This document shows, piece by piece, positions 1 to 19,071 of a stretch of DNA of 64,000 bases. Where the stretch lies: the NCBI GenBank assembly GCA_002104945.1, contig MCFH01000085.1, positions 1 to 64,000 on the forward strand. The letters run 5' to 3'. Within the stretch, counting starts at the first letter, position 1; the number at the start of each line of letters is the position of its first letter. The position numbers and the translations under genes are program-made. The notes below the pieces were generated by a model, which had not been told where the DNA came from, made no database searches, and worked only from the letters and a program-made list of their open reading frames with translations. The DNA is from Piromyces finnis finn. Its lineage: Eukaryota > Fungi > Neocallimastigomycota.

Positions 1-3000
1 AAACCTCTAATAGAAACCTAAATAAGTTAGAAAAAATAAAAGTAAACAAAGCTCTGTTAGAGAATTTAACCGTTCTTTTAACGACCTTTTGAAAGAAATT
101 AAAGAAAGGGACAGCCTTCTGAAGAAAGTTGTTTTTCTTTATACAAAAGCTTTTAATAGGAGAACTTCTATATTAAATTCTCTTATTAACAAACAACCAA
201 AACTTTAAAGGATGCTATGGTCATTGCTATTAAAGCAGATGAGCTTCTATCTGCTTATGAAAGTGATGATGAATATGTACCCAATAAAAGAACTCAAAAC
301 AAAAATAATTATTATAAGAGAAAATAGAAGTTGAAGATAAAACCTCTTATAATAATAACAGAAATATAGTAGTACTGATAATGAAAAGACTATAAGAAGA
401 AGCTAAAGAATCAGATCTGGATGCTTTGACCAAAAGCTTTGCCCAGATGAAAATTATATCTGCCACCGTTGTAACCAGAAAGGACATGATGCCCGCTTCT
501 GCCCAACGAAATGACCGATGTGAACAAAATCATAGCTACCTCCTCAAAACCCAAAACCATTTAAATTAAATGGGGGAAGTTTCAATCTTCCCCTTCTAAC
601 TCCAAAATTGATAATAACCAAACCACAACATCAACAACATTAATGAGCAAATCTATGTTGATGATACACGTGATTCCATAAAACAAAAAAATTTCCAAAT
701 TCTAAAGAAAAATTCTCTGACCCTTTGGTGGATGATCCAATCAATGAAAATGATAAGATTATGTTAAACGTGATCACGTGACAAATACAGTCGATGATAA
801 GGACATCGAAAACCTTATTTATGCATTCAAGAGAAAAAAGTTCTGAAGAAAGTGAAGAAAGTGATGATGAGGATCACGTGACTCAGTCGAAGAAAAAGAA
901 ACTTCGAGAAAATCCATTACCAATACACACAAAGGCCACTCAGATGAAAGAACAGCAAGAAATTCGTAATGAGAAAAATTCAAATTTTCATACCACTACT
1001 TCCCGCCTAGACATCTTAGACCCCTCGGTAATTGCAGGCAAGAATATTCCTCTGCTAAGATGAAAAATAAAAGAAACCAGAAATAAAAGAAGAATTGGTC
1101 CAGATATACCAAGTAAACAGGACGAATTAGAAGAAGTTATAGATAGCAAAAAGTCTCCCAAAAACAACTATTATGACTTCCTACGTTCTATTGTCATGTT
1201 GGGCAAAAATAAAGAATATAATATTTTTGATGCCCTTAATAATACAAATGCTGGTATCTCTTTTGCACAATTACTTTGCAGTCAGTCCTATCATCAGAAG
1301 ACTTTGTGCCAAAGGTTTAAAGCTTGATCCAAATGACGTTCGGAAAATAAACGCCATTCAAATTTGGATCTTAATGATGATGATATTAATTCATTTATTA
1401 ATATCATTAATGAAAATTATAATAATAAAAATAATGAAAACAATGATGATGCTGATAATGACAATGATGATGATATTATCAATATAGCAGATAACGAAAT
1501 TAATGTCATTAATAAATCAACATTGCTTCTGTCATTGGCTCAATTGATAATAACATTGTCCGAGTTTTAGTAGATACTGGTTCTGATGTTAATGTTATTA
1601 CTAAATCCTTCTTTAATTTAATATCAGCAAATCATAATATTACACATTTTAAGAGAACTTTTCTTTAAATTAGCTAGCAAACAAGTTATTTCAACAAATC
1701 AAGCTGTTAATTTAACTCTTAAATTTGGTGATTTAAAAATCTATGCATTATTCTGGATTCTAGAAGATGAAGATTCATGTTATGATATTATATTAGGTCG
1801 TCAATCTCAAAAGGATCACCGATTATACATTGATCCTGATGATGACTCTCTCTACATGAAAACTAATTCATCTCCTATTATGGTTGCTCGTCCCTCAAAT
1901 TTTAAACAAAATAAAAATAATCTTTCAAATATTTCAATGATTCATTGTTTCAATCCATCAAATATTAATGAATCTCAATTTAATTCATTTAATAATAATA
2001 TCAAAATTCAAAATTTTAATTCGACTTTTAACAATAAAAACAAACTTTTATATTCAATTAAATTTCGACATTTATTCAAATTTAAAAATAAATATTTTTA
2101 TCCAAAATATCACATTTTTCATTCAAATTTCAGCAAATTTCCAAAAAAGAATTAAAAACGATTCACTTATTAAATTTTCAATTAATAAGTCAAATCTTGT
2201 CGGCCGTGATGAAGCAGAAAAAACGCCAATTATTCACGAAAAATGCCACAAAATCAAGATATATAAAAATAAAAGTAAAATTCTAAAATATAATCATTTG
2301 AATATTAATATTAACAGGAAATTAAAATCAAGAAAAAAGCGAAATAAACAAAATGATATAATCAAAAATTCATCAAATAATTCGTTTAAGAATATATATT
2401 TCAGTATAATAAAAAGTGTAAAAGAAAGTATTTCAAATTCAATTATTTTCAATCTAAAAGATTATATCAAATCAGTAACTTCAATTTTAAAACGACATTA
2501 TTTCGACATATTAAAATCAAAATTTCATCTATTTTTCAAAGTTTAAAGAAAGATAAAACCACATTAAACATTTATATACAAATAATACGACAATTACATT
2601 ACAAAAATATATAAAAACACAAAAATATTTACACTACGACATTTAACAAAATTTCACTTCATTTTTTTTATTTCTCTTTGAAAAAAAAAAAATTTTATTA
2701 ATAAAAATTTTCAAATTTTTCATCATTTTTTTATAAACCTTATTTTATATTATTTTTATCATATATATATATATATATAGAAAAAAAAAATTTAAATTTT
2801 TAAATATTTAGTATAAAAATATCAAAAACTTATATATTTATTATTATTTATGAATATTTTTATCAGCTACCACTAAGTCGTATCTTAGGGGAGGAAATCT
2901 TGATAAATAATAATTATAAATATATTATAAATTTGATATTAGTAGAAAATTTTATTATAAAATAATTATTAAATAATTTTATATAGTTTATTATAAAAAT

Positions 3001-3521
3001 ATAATTTACATAAAATCAAATATTTTATAAATTTATATATTTGATTGGGTTAAATTATAAAAATAATTTTTAATATAAAGAATAATAATAATTTTTAGTA
3101 GAAAATAAGAAGACTTAGATTATTAATAATAAGTTAAATTTTAATAATAGTTAATATAATTAATTAGTGAATACATAATAATATTTAAAAGACAAAAATA
3201 AGTTTTTATATAATAAAAATTATTGTTAAAAAGAGCGTAAGAACAATAAATAAAAGAAAATATAAAAACGAAATTAAACTTGTCTAATTTGTAATTATTG
3301 TGTTAATAATAAATAATATTTTATAGAATAAATCTGGTGTTATTATTCTATATAAATATTATTAAATAATAAAACTATTAAAACTATAAAATAACTTAAA
3401 ATAAATTAATAAAACTAGTAGATATTGTTAAAGCTCGTACAATAGCTGTCGAGATAAAACAATATAAAGATAACAGAAGAAGTAGTTAAAAAGTTATAAT
3501 ATAACTACCAATCCGTTATCA
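1..3521 (+). mobile_element. Gag-protease-only LTR retroelement (family A), 5' part cut by the window edge, frames broken by single-base indels
   Basis: Near-identical inverted copy of the element at 16108-20638. Gag remnant 1-570, protease region 794-2546 (VLVDTGSDVNV encoded near 1562-1594), polypurine tract AGGGGAGGAAATCT just before the LTR, 3' LTR 2901-3521 (TGATAA...TTATCA). Confidence 0.9.
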
Positions 3522-3525
3522 ACAA

Positions 3526-4583
3526 TGATGCGTTGACCGATACATTTTTGAATAATATGATATTTTTAATAAATAATAAATTCTAATATTTATGATGAAA
3601 CAATAAATTTAAAATAAAATAAAATATGTTTTATAATTAACAAATAAATCACTCAAAAACTCGAAAATAAACTCTTTTTATTATGTTTAAATTATCTCTT
3701 TATTATATTTATAATTTATTTATTGTCTATTTATTGTCCGCCTTTTTTATAAAGAAGAATTTTATCTTCTTTTTATACATTTTTCATTTATTACATGTAT
3801 TATTATTTTTAACTATTAAATATTATTACTATTGTGATTATTTATTAAAATTAAAAGAATAAATTAAAATTATGTCTTAATATTATAAAAATGTTATAGA
3901 ATATTACTTATTGATTTTCTTATTACTTCAAAATGTTTAAAATTAGAAAAACTATTATAAATTATCATTAACTATCATTAAATGTATAATACCTTGAATA
4001 AAATAATTAAAATTTAAAATTAAAATAATATTAAAATAAAATTAAAATAAAAATTAAATAAAAATTAAAATAAAATTAATAAAATCAAATATTAAAAGTA
4101 TCAATTAATATAAACACATTTTATACAGAAACATAAAAGAGTTCTGTATTTTATCTTTAAAATTGTTATTATTGTTCTATTTCCAGGCTTTAAATTAATC
4201 ACTTTTAGTAATAATTACTCAGTTATTTATTTGTTAATTTATATATATAAGTTTGAAAGAATTTCTAAAGAACACTTGGATAAAACACTAGAATTAATAA
4301 TTTAATGTATATCATTTTATTTTTTTAGTTTATTTATTCATTTTTATTTACTTATTATTATTTTATTATTTTAATACATTTTGGATTGAGTAGTTTTATT
4401 TTATTTAATAATTTATTTTATTATTATCTCTATTAAGTCGTTTTTATTCATAATTTATTATTTAATAAAGAGAATATTATTTATTTAAAAGAAAGGGTTA
4501 TATTTCCATAAAATTATTATTTATTCATTTTTAAGGGTTATTATCTTTTATTTTTATTATAAGTCGCTATGGGTTAAGTCGTG
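3526..4583 (-). mobile_element. Solo LTR, family B, truncated at its right end by a family F LTR
   Basis: Starts TGATGCGTTGACCGA and follows the 1100-bp LTRs at 20643-21742 and 29369-30468 up to GTCGTG. The last ~46 bp are absent. Confidence 0.9.
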
Positions 4584-5714
4584 TGTTAAGTTTTTGGGTT
4601 TGGTTATGCGGCCAGGTCAGAATGTTATTAATTATATAGTAAAAATGTTTTTTAAGAAATTAAATTTAATTATAAAATAACACCTTAAACTCCCAAATGA
4701 AAAATGAAAAATTTATATTTACTTTAAAATAACTTTTTATAAATTTTTTATTTATTTAATATAATAATATAAATGATATTATAAGTAACTATATAATTAA
4801 GATTATAACTATAATCTCTACAAAGAATTAAAATCGAATTCAATTCATTCTCTTTTATATTCTTTGTTCAGATTATTAAATTGATATTAATAAGAATAAA
4901 GTATTACATGTAATATATTAGTAATATAATTAAATAAGTAATAAGATTGTTTGTTTGTTTGTTTGTTTGTCATGACATAAAATAAAATAAACATATGATT
5001 AATCATTTAAACAGTTGATCCTAATTAGTAATTATAAAAACTATTCAATTAATAATTCATCATTATTAATTGATATTACCATAACATATTTGTTATAATT
5101 AAATAATTATTATTTTCAAAATTATTTCTAATAAAACTTGCCGTTAACCTATTTTATAATGATTAAGATTATTTAATTTATAGGTGTTAACTGTTACACC
5201 TAAATGGGTCTAGTTCTATTTTTAGTAACAATCGTTATCATTAATTAAATTAATATAACTAAAATTCCTATTGATATATTTTTAATTTCATCAAGTCATA
5301 AGAAATATTTATGATCCATACTTGATATCATATTGATTTTAATTTACCTAATAAAATCTTTAAATGATCATAACTTCCTTAAATGATCAGTTAGAAGGAC
5401 CGCGATTGTACCAAATTGTAGCTTTCTTCCTAAGCTTTCCAATAAACCTAGTTTCATCACCGTAGCACTTACAGCCGTAGCGATCGTTTTTGGCGAGTTA
5501 CACCTTATTTCGTACTTGCTTATTTTTGGTTAAGGGTTATAGTGTATTGATATTAAATTTTTGAAATCATAACCCTTTCACTGAATCAAAATTTAAAAGG
5601 TGACTTTTAAAAGTGTTTTAAAATAATTATTGAAATTATTTAATTATAATTATTATGTTTAATTAATTATAGATATTATCTGAATTTGTTTTAAATCCAG
5701 TTAATATCTTCACA
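4584..5714. mobile_element. Probable solo LTR, family F (TG...CA)
   Basis: Starts TGTTAAG right after TCGTG of LTR B and ends CTTCACA. A homologous copy lies at about 44208-45291. No ORF. Confidence 0.7.
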
Positions 5715-5765
5715 ATTACTTGTTATATTTAACCTATTAACTAATATATATAAAAACCTTTTACA
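5715..5765 (+). mobile_element. Terminal 51-bp fragment of a family D-like LTR, inverted
   Basis: Its reverse complement TGTAAAAGGTTTTTATATATATTAGTTAATAGGTTAAATATAACAAGTAAT matches the LTR terminus at 30477 and 36789. Confidence 0.8.
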
Positions 5766-5768
5766 AAA

Positions 5769-6332
5769 TGATATAATTTGATAATAATCTTAATTTTGAA
5801 TTTTACTTCAAAAGTGATTATTATATTATATCTTTTGTTATAACTATATAAGTTATATTGATTAAGATTTAAAATCGTTTTTATAAAAATTAATAAAATT
5901 GTTTTGTTAAAACACTAAATTGTTTTATTAGACTTGTTTTTCTAATATTTAAATATTTAAATTTTATTTATTTAAGTATAAAAGTGATTATTAAAATTAT
6001 AAAATATTAATCTAACTATATAATATTTCTTTATTAATAATAATAATAATGATTAAAATAAGAATTTACATGTATTTATATTTTCTTTTGAATTTAAACT
6101 AATTACTAACGAAGTTATTAACATTAATTTAACAATTAATTTAACAAATTATATTTTTGATCTCGATTAATTAATTTATTATTTTTTTCAATAATCAAAC
6201 ATATGCAGTGTTTAGGATTATTTTATTTAAGATTTTGGTAAGTACTTAATTAACTATAATTGTTTTAAGTTATTTTAGGGTTAACTTAAAATCAGTATAA
6301 TATAATTTTATTTATTATTTCATTATTTATCA
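5769..6332. mobile_element. Solo LTR, family E, internally deleted
   Basis: TGATATAA...TTTATCA termini. Homologous to 15307-16104 and about 45436-46118. Confidence 0.8.
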
Positions 6333-7089
6333 AAATGATGCAATATATTTCAAAACACCATAAATAAAATATAATTATGAACGTTAGCAATAGGGAATGA
6401 TATATGAATAATATATTAGTTAATTGTATTTATTTCTATTTATAATAATAAAATAAATAATAAAATAATAAATTTTATAATAATATAATTAAATAGATTT
6501 TGGTTTAAAGATTCTTTATTTAATTATTATTATTATTATGATTATAACATTAATAACATTCAATACTAATAGGATCGAAAGTTATTATTGAATAAATATA
6601 AATAGTTAAATATAATGTGTAAATATAAAAATATGTTGATGAAAGTATTATTAATGATAAAATATAACTTTTCTGAAATAGTAAAAATAAACAATAAATA
6701 TTCTTTTCTTTTATAACTAATATTTAAACTGAAGGAAATATAATAAATACTAAATACGTAATTATTAACCTAAAACTAACTTAAACTAAAACTATTAATA
6801 TAAAAATAAAATAAAATAAAACTAATACTTAAAACTAAAATATCAAATATTATTTATAAATGAAAAGTTCTCTCTCTTGATATCTTCTGCTTTAACACTC
6901 TCTTTTATATCTTTTCCTTTCTTGTGTAACTAATTATTCTAATGTATGTGTAACATTTGCGTCATAATAATTTATACTAATATAGTTTAATTATTATTAT
7001 CATTAGTAATTGATATACAATTTATAAAAGGATTAGATATTATTCATAAAATATTTAAAATATTATATTTTTCTATGCATCTTGCATCA

Positions 7090-12825
<5,736 letters not shown>

Positions 12826-12828
<3 letters not shown>

Positions 12829-14283
12829 GTTTAAATTATTTGATTCAGATGGATTGTTTAAATTTATTTTGGTTGCTTTATTGTAATTATTTTCTGGTAA
12901 GGTCTTATTATAATAATTATTATAATATTGATTATTTAATTGATTAGGGTAATTATTATTAATATTGTTCCTGTTATCACTATCATTAATGTTGTTCCTC
13001 ATATTATTCTTATTAACATTACTGACGTTATTAAATGTATTATTATTCATTGTGTTGTTTTTATTATAACTATTAAAACCATTATTATTATATCCATTAT
13101 ATCCAATAGTATTATTATAATTATTGTAGCTATTAATATTATTACTTTCATTATAATTGTAATTTCCATTTGGATTAAAATTACCTTTCTTATAATCATT
13201 ATTGGTGTACATATAATAATTGTTATTCATATTATTATAGTTATTTTTATGATGATAATCCATATAATTATTTTCATTAATGTTTCTATTATCCTTTTGG
13301 TTGTTGTTATTAGTATTAGTATTAAATCCATTTAAATAACTATTATTGTTGTAATTATTGTTATCATTATTATTATATAAATTTCCATATCTGTTATAAG
13401 AATTTCTTTGATTATTAAATTGATTAAAATTATTGAAATTATTGAAATTATTTCTTTCTCTTTTATTTGGGCATTCACTAGCTTTATGTCCCATTTGCTT
13501 GCAATAGTAACATCTGATACTCCGGAAGTTACTATTATTAAAATACACATTTTCATAATTTCTTGGGATACCTGGATAGGATCTTCCGATAGGCTTTTCT
13601 TGTACATAATTTGAATAAGAGTTATTAAAATTGCTATGGTTAATATTAACATTATCATCATCTACTAATCCTCTATATAACGGATGGTCTAACAAAACAT
13701 TTCGAGTATTTTTTGTATTTTGGTATACCATAGAAATATTGTTAGTTTCAGTACTTTCTATGGTTCTTCTTTCGGCTTTCTCAGCCTTTTCAGCAACTTT
13801 AAAAGCTTCAGATAATGTTTCACATTCGGCTAATATAACTTGGGAGTGTGGATAAACTCTTTTCTTAATAGAGTTTAAATAGTCATCCACAGAAATAATT
13901 TTCATAAAATCTCTTTCCAAGCGGTGGTAAAGAGTTAAGTATTTATAGTTGAAGCTTTTTATAGTTTCGTTTTGTTTAATTTTTAATGTTTTTAATACTG
14001 AACATTTATCCCCTGGCTTTATTTCCAGATAATCTTCAATAGCAGATTGTACCTCTTTATAAGTAGGATACCTTTTAACATTATTATGAGAGGTACATAA
14101 AGATTTCAAAACATTCTTGATATCTGCTTCAACGGCAACTTTTAACCACACAAATATTCTTGAGGGCTCTTGTATATCATGGATCTCCATGACACTTATA
14201 AAATCCTCCATCCAGGAATCAATATCCTTTCCATAATCGCAGAGGTATGGAAGGTCTCTTTTTACTTTAGTGGCGTCAACCAT
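12826..14283 (-). CDS. Gag of element 1 with CCHC zinc knuckle
   Basis: 485-aa ORF with CYYCKQMGHKASEC and an Asn-rich C-terminus. Ends at TTTAAAC-TAG. Confidence 0.9.
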
Positions 14284-14516
14284 TTTAATTATTTATTTAT
14301 TTTAAAATAAATTTATATAATAACTTCTTATATATTATTGTTATAATAATTATATATATATATATATAATATTTGTGTATATTTAATAGTTTTATAGTAG
14401 AAAGTTTTATTTATATAAAAGAACTTATTTTAATTAAAAATAATAAAAAAAAAAAAAATAAATATAATTAGAATAGAAATAATACTATTAATGTTTCATA
14501 TTATTCAATATTGCTA

Positions 14517-14534
14517 CGCCCGGATTCTCCACCA
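14517..14534 (-). promoter_or_regulatory. Primer binding site, probably for tRNA-Ala
   Basis: TGGTGGAGAATCCGGGCG on the minus strand, identical at 29343-29360. The complement ends ATTCTCC-A-CCA, which places U at position 70 as in the alanine G3-U70 identity pair. Confidence 0.75.
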
Positions 14535-15306
14535 AATTTTATGATGCAATATATTTCAAAAACACCATAAATAAAATATAATTATGAACGTTAGCAATAG
14601 GGAATGATATATGAATAATATATTAGTTAATATTGTATTTATTTCTATTTTATAATAATAAAAATAAATAATAAAAATAATAAATTTTATAATAATATAA
14701 TTAAATAGATTTTGGTTTAAAGATTCTTTATTTAATTATTATTATTATTATGATTATAACATTAATAACATTCAATACTAATAGGATCGAAAGTTATTAT
14801 TGAATAAATATAAATAGTTAAATATAATGTGTAAATATAAAAATATGTTGATGAAAGTATTATTAATGATAAAATATAACTTTTCTGAAATAGTAAAAAT
14901 AAACAATAAATATTCTTTTCTTTTATAACTAATATTTAAACTGAAGGAAATATAATAAATACTAAATACGTAATTATTAACCTAAAACTAACTTAAACTA
15001 AAACTATTAATATAAAAATAAAATAAAATAAAACTAATACTTAAAACTAAAATATCAAATATTATTTATAAATGAAAAGTTCTCTCCCTTGATATCTTCT
15101 GCTTTAACACTGTCTTTTATATCTTTTCCTTTCTTGTGTAACTAATTATTCTAATGTATGTGTAACATTTGCGTCATAATAATTTATACTAATATAGTTT
15201 AATTATTATTATCATTAGTAATTGATATACAATTTATAAAAGGATTAGATATTATTCATAAAATATTTAAAATATTATATTTTTCTATGCATCTTGCATC
15301 AAAAAA

Positions 15307-16104
15307 TGATATAATTTGAAAATAATCTTAATTTTGAATTTTACTTCAAAAAGTGATTATTATATTATATCTTTTGTTATAACTATATAAGTTATATTGA
15401 TTAAGATTTAAAATCGTTTTTATAAAAATTAATAAAATTGTTTTGTTAAAACACTAAATTGTTTTATTAGACTTGTTTTTCTAATATTTAAATATTTAAA
15501 ATTTTATTTATTTAAGTATAAAAGTGATTATTAAAATTATAAAATATTAATCTAACTATATAATATTTCTTTATTAATAATAATAATAATGATTAAAATA
15601 AGAATATTTACATGTATTTATATTTTCTTTTGAATTTAAACTATTTACATTAAAACAATAAAATTAATAACTATTTACAATAAAAGTAATTAGAAATAAC
15701 AATAAAAGAAATAATTAAAAGTTAAAGAATATAAAAAGTTGTTTATTTTACAATTAATTAAAGTAATAATTATTTTTAGTATTTTAATAAAAGTGTTTAA
15801 TTATATTATTTTATAACATGAATTATTATATTTGTTTACTTTTAAAGTGTAATTTACTAACGAAGTTATTAAACATTTAATTTAACAATTAATTTAACAA
15901 AAGTTATATATTTTGATCTCGATTAATTAAAGTTTATTATTTTCTTTCAATAATCAAAACATATGCAGTGTTTAGGATTAATTTTATTTAAGAATTTTGG
16001 TAAAGTACTTAATTAAACTATAACTTGTTTTAAGTTACTTTTAGGGTTAACTTAAAAATCAGGTATAATAATAATTTTATATTTATTAATTTCATTATTT
16101 ATTA
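15307..16104. mobile_element. Solo LTR, family E
   Basis: TGATATAA start, TTTATTA end (CA mutated to TA). Three homologous copies in the window. Confidence 0.8.
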
Positions 16105-17073
16105 AAATGATAACGGATTGGTAGTTATATTACAACTTTTTAACTACTTCTTCTGTTATCTTATATTGTTTTATCTCGACAGCTATTGTACGAGCTTTAA
16201 CAATATCTACTAGTTTTATTAATTTATTTTAAGCTATTTTATAGTTTTAATAGTTTTATTATTTAATAATATTTATATAGAATAATAACACCAGATTTAT
16301 TCTATAAAATATTATTTATTATTAACACAATAATTACAAATTAGACAAGTTTAATTTCGTTTTTATATTTTCTTTTATTTATTGTTCTTACGCTCTTTTT
16401 AACAATAATTTTTATTATATAAAAACTTATTTTTGTCTTTTTAAATATTATTATGTATTCACTAATTAATTATATTAACTATTATTAAAATTTAACTTAT
16501 TATTAGTAATCTAAGTCTTCTCATTTTCTACTAAAAATTATTATTATTCTTTATAATAAAAATTATTTTTATAATTTAACCCAATCAAATATATAAATTT
16601 ATAAAATATTTGATTTTATGTAAATTATATTTTTATAATAAACTATATAAAATTATTTAATAATTATTTTATAATAAAAATTTCTACTAATATCAAATGT
16701 ATAATATATTTATAATTATTATTTATCAAGATTTCCTCCCCTAAGATACGACTTAGTGGTAGCTGATAAAAATATTCATAAATAATAATAAATATATAAG
16801 TTTTTGATATTTTTATACTAAAGATTTAAAAATTTAAATTTTTTTTTTTTTTTCTATATATATATATATATGATAAAAATAATATAAAATAAGGTTTATA
16901 AAAAAAATGATGAAAAATTTGAAAATTTTTATTAATAAAATTTTTTTTTCAAAGAGAAATAAAAAAAATGAAGTGAAATTTTGTTAAATGTCGTAGTGTA
17001 AATATTTTTGTGTTTTTATATATTTTTGTAATGTAATTGTCGTATTATTTGTATATAAATGTTTAATGTGGTT

Positions 17074-19071
17074 TTATCTTTCTTTAAACTTTGAAAATAG
17101 ATGAAATTTTGATTTTAATATGTCGAAATAATGTCGTTTTAAAATTGAAGTTACTGATTTGATATAATCTTTTAGATTGAAAATAATTGAATTTGAAATA
17201 CTTTCTTTTACACTTTTTATTATACTGAAATATATATTCTTAAACGAATTATTTGATGAATTTTTGATTATATCATTTTGTTTATTTCGCTTTTTTCTTG
17301 ATTTTAATTTCCTGTTAATATTAATATTCAAATGATTATATTTTAGAATTTTACTTTTATTTTTATATATCTTGATTTTGTGGCATTTTTCGTGAATAAT
17401 TGGCGTTTTTTCTGCTTCATCACGGCCGACAAGATTTGACTTATTAATTGAAAATTTAATAAGTGAATCGTTTTTAATTCTTTTTGGAAATTTGCTGAAA
17501 TTTGAATGAAAAATGTGATATTTTGGATAAAAATATTTATTTTTAAATTTGAATAAATGTCGAAATTTAATTGAATATAAAAGTTTGTTTTTATTGTTAA
17601 AAGTCGAATTAAAATTTTGAATTTTGATATTATTATTAAATGAATTAAATTGAGATTCATTAATATTTGATGGATTGAAACAATGAATCATTGAAATATT
17701 TGAAAGATTATTTTTATTTTGTTTAAAATTTGAGGGACGAGCAACCATAATAGGAGATGAATTAGTTTTCATGTAGAGAGAGTCATCATCAGGATCAATG
17801 TATAATCGGTGATTCTTTTGAGATTGACGACCTAATATAATATCATAACATGAATCTTCATCTTCTAGAATCCAGAATAATGCATAGATTTTTAAATCAC
17901 CAAATTTAAGAGTTAAATTAACAGCTTGATTTGTTGAAATAACTTGTTTGCTAGCTAATTTAAAGAAAGTTCTCTTAAAATGTGTAATATTATGATTTGC
18001 TGATATTAAATTAAAGAAGGATTTAGTAATAACATTAACATCAGAACCAGTATCTACTAAAACTCGGACAATGTTATTATCAATTGAGCCAATGACAGAA
18101 GCAATGTTGATTTTATTAATGACATTAATTTCGTTATCTGCTATATTGATAATATCATCATCATTGTCATTATCAGCATCATCATTGTTTTCATTATTTT
18201 TATTATTATAATTTTCATTAATGATATTAATAAATGAATTAATATCATCATCATTAAGATCCATATTTTGAATGGCGTTTATTTTCCGAACGTCATTTGG
18301 ATCAAGCTTTAAACCTTTGGCACAAAGTCTTCTGATGATAGGACTGACTGCAAGCAATTGTGCAAAAGAGATACCAGCATTTGTATTATTAAGGGCATCA
18401 AAAATATTATATTCTTTATTTTTGCCCAACATGACAATAGAACGTAGGAAGTCATAATAGTTGCTTTTGGGAGACTTTTTGCTATCTATAACTTCTTCTA
18501 ATTCGTCCTGTTTACTTGGTATATCTGGACCAATTCTTCTTTTATTTCTGGTTTCTTTATTTTTCATCTTAGCAGAGGAAATATTCTTGCCTGCAATTAC
18601 CGAGGGGTCTAAGATGTCTAGGCGGGAAGTAGTGGTATGAAAATTTGAATTTTTCTCATTACGAATTTCTTGCTGTTCTTTCATCTGAGTGGCCTTTGTA
18701 TGTATTGGTAATGGATTTTCTCGAAGTTTCTTTTTCTTCGACTGAGTCACGTGATCCTCATCATCACTTTCATCACTTTCTTCAGAACTTTTTCTCTTGA
18801 ATGCATAAATAAGGTTTTCGATGTCCTTATCATCGACTGTATTTGTCACGTGATCACGTGTAACGTAATCCTTATCATCTTCATTGATTGGATCATCCAC
18901 CAAAGGGTTAGAGAATTTTTCTTTAGAATTTGGAAATTTTTTTGTTTTATGGAAATCACGTGTATCATCAACATAGATTTGCTCATTAATGTTGTTGATG
19001 TTGTGGGTTTGGTTATTATCAATTTTGGAGTTAGAAGGGGAAGATTGAGAACTTCCCCCATTTAATTTAAA
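17074..19071 (-). CDS. Frameshift-fused ORF2 of element 3: retropepsin-type aspartic protease plus low-complexity tail
   Basis: LVDTGSDVNVI and DIILGR motifs in ORF 17074-18903. The frame stays open upstream to the slippery site at 19065-19071. Confidence 0.85.
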   Translation of the reverse strand, partial: FKLNGGSSQSSPSNSKIDNNQTHNINNINEQIYVDDTRDFHKTKKFPNSKEKFSNPLVDDPINEDDKDYVTRDHVTNTVDDKDIENLIYAFKRKSSEESDESDDEDHVTQSKKKKLRENPLPIHTKATQMKEQQEIRNEKNSNFHTTTSRLDILDPSVIAGKNISSAKMKNKETRNKRRIGPDIPSKQDELEEVIDSKKSPKSNYYDFLRSIVMLGKNKEYNIFDALNNTNAGISFAQLLAVSPIIRRLCAKGLKLDPNDVRKINAIQNMDLNDDDINSFINIINENYNNKNNENNDDADNDNDDDIINIADNEINVINKINIASVIGSIDNNIVRVLVDTGSDVNVITKSFFNLISANHNITHFKRTFFKLASKQVISTNQAVNLTLKFGDLKIYALFWILEDEDSCYDIILGRQSQKNHRLYIDPDDDSLYMKTNSSPIMVARPSNFKQNKNNLSNISMIHCFNPSNINESQFNSFNNNIKIQNFNSTFNNKNKLLYSIKFRHLFKFKNKYFYPKYHIFHSNFSKFPKRIKNDSLIKFSINKSNLVGRDEAEKTPIIHEKCHKIKIYKNKSKILKYNHLNININRKLKSRKKRNKQNDIIKNSSNNSFKNIYFSIIKSVKESISNSIIFNLKDYIKSVTSILKRHYFDILKSKFHLFSKFKER

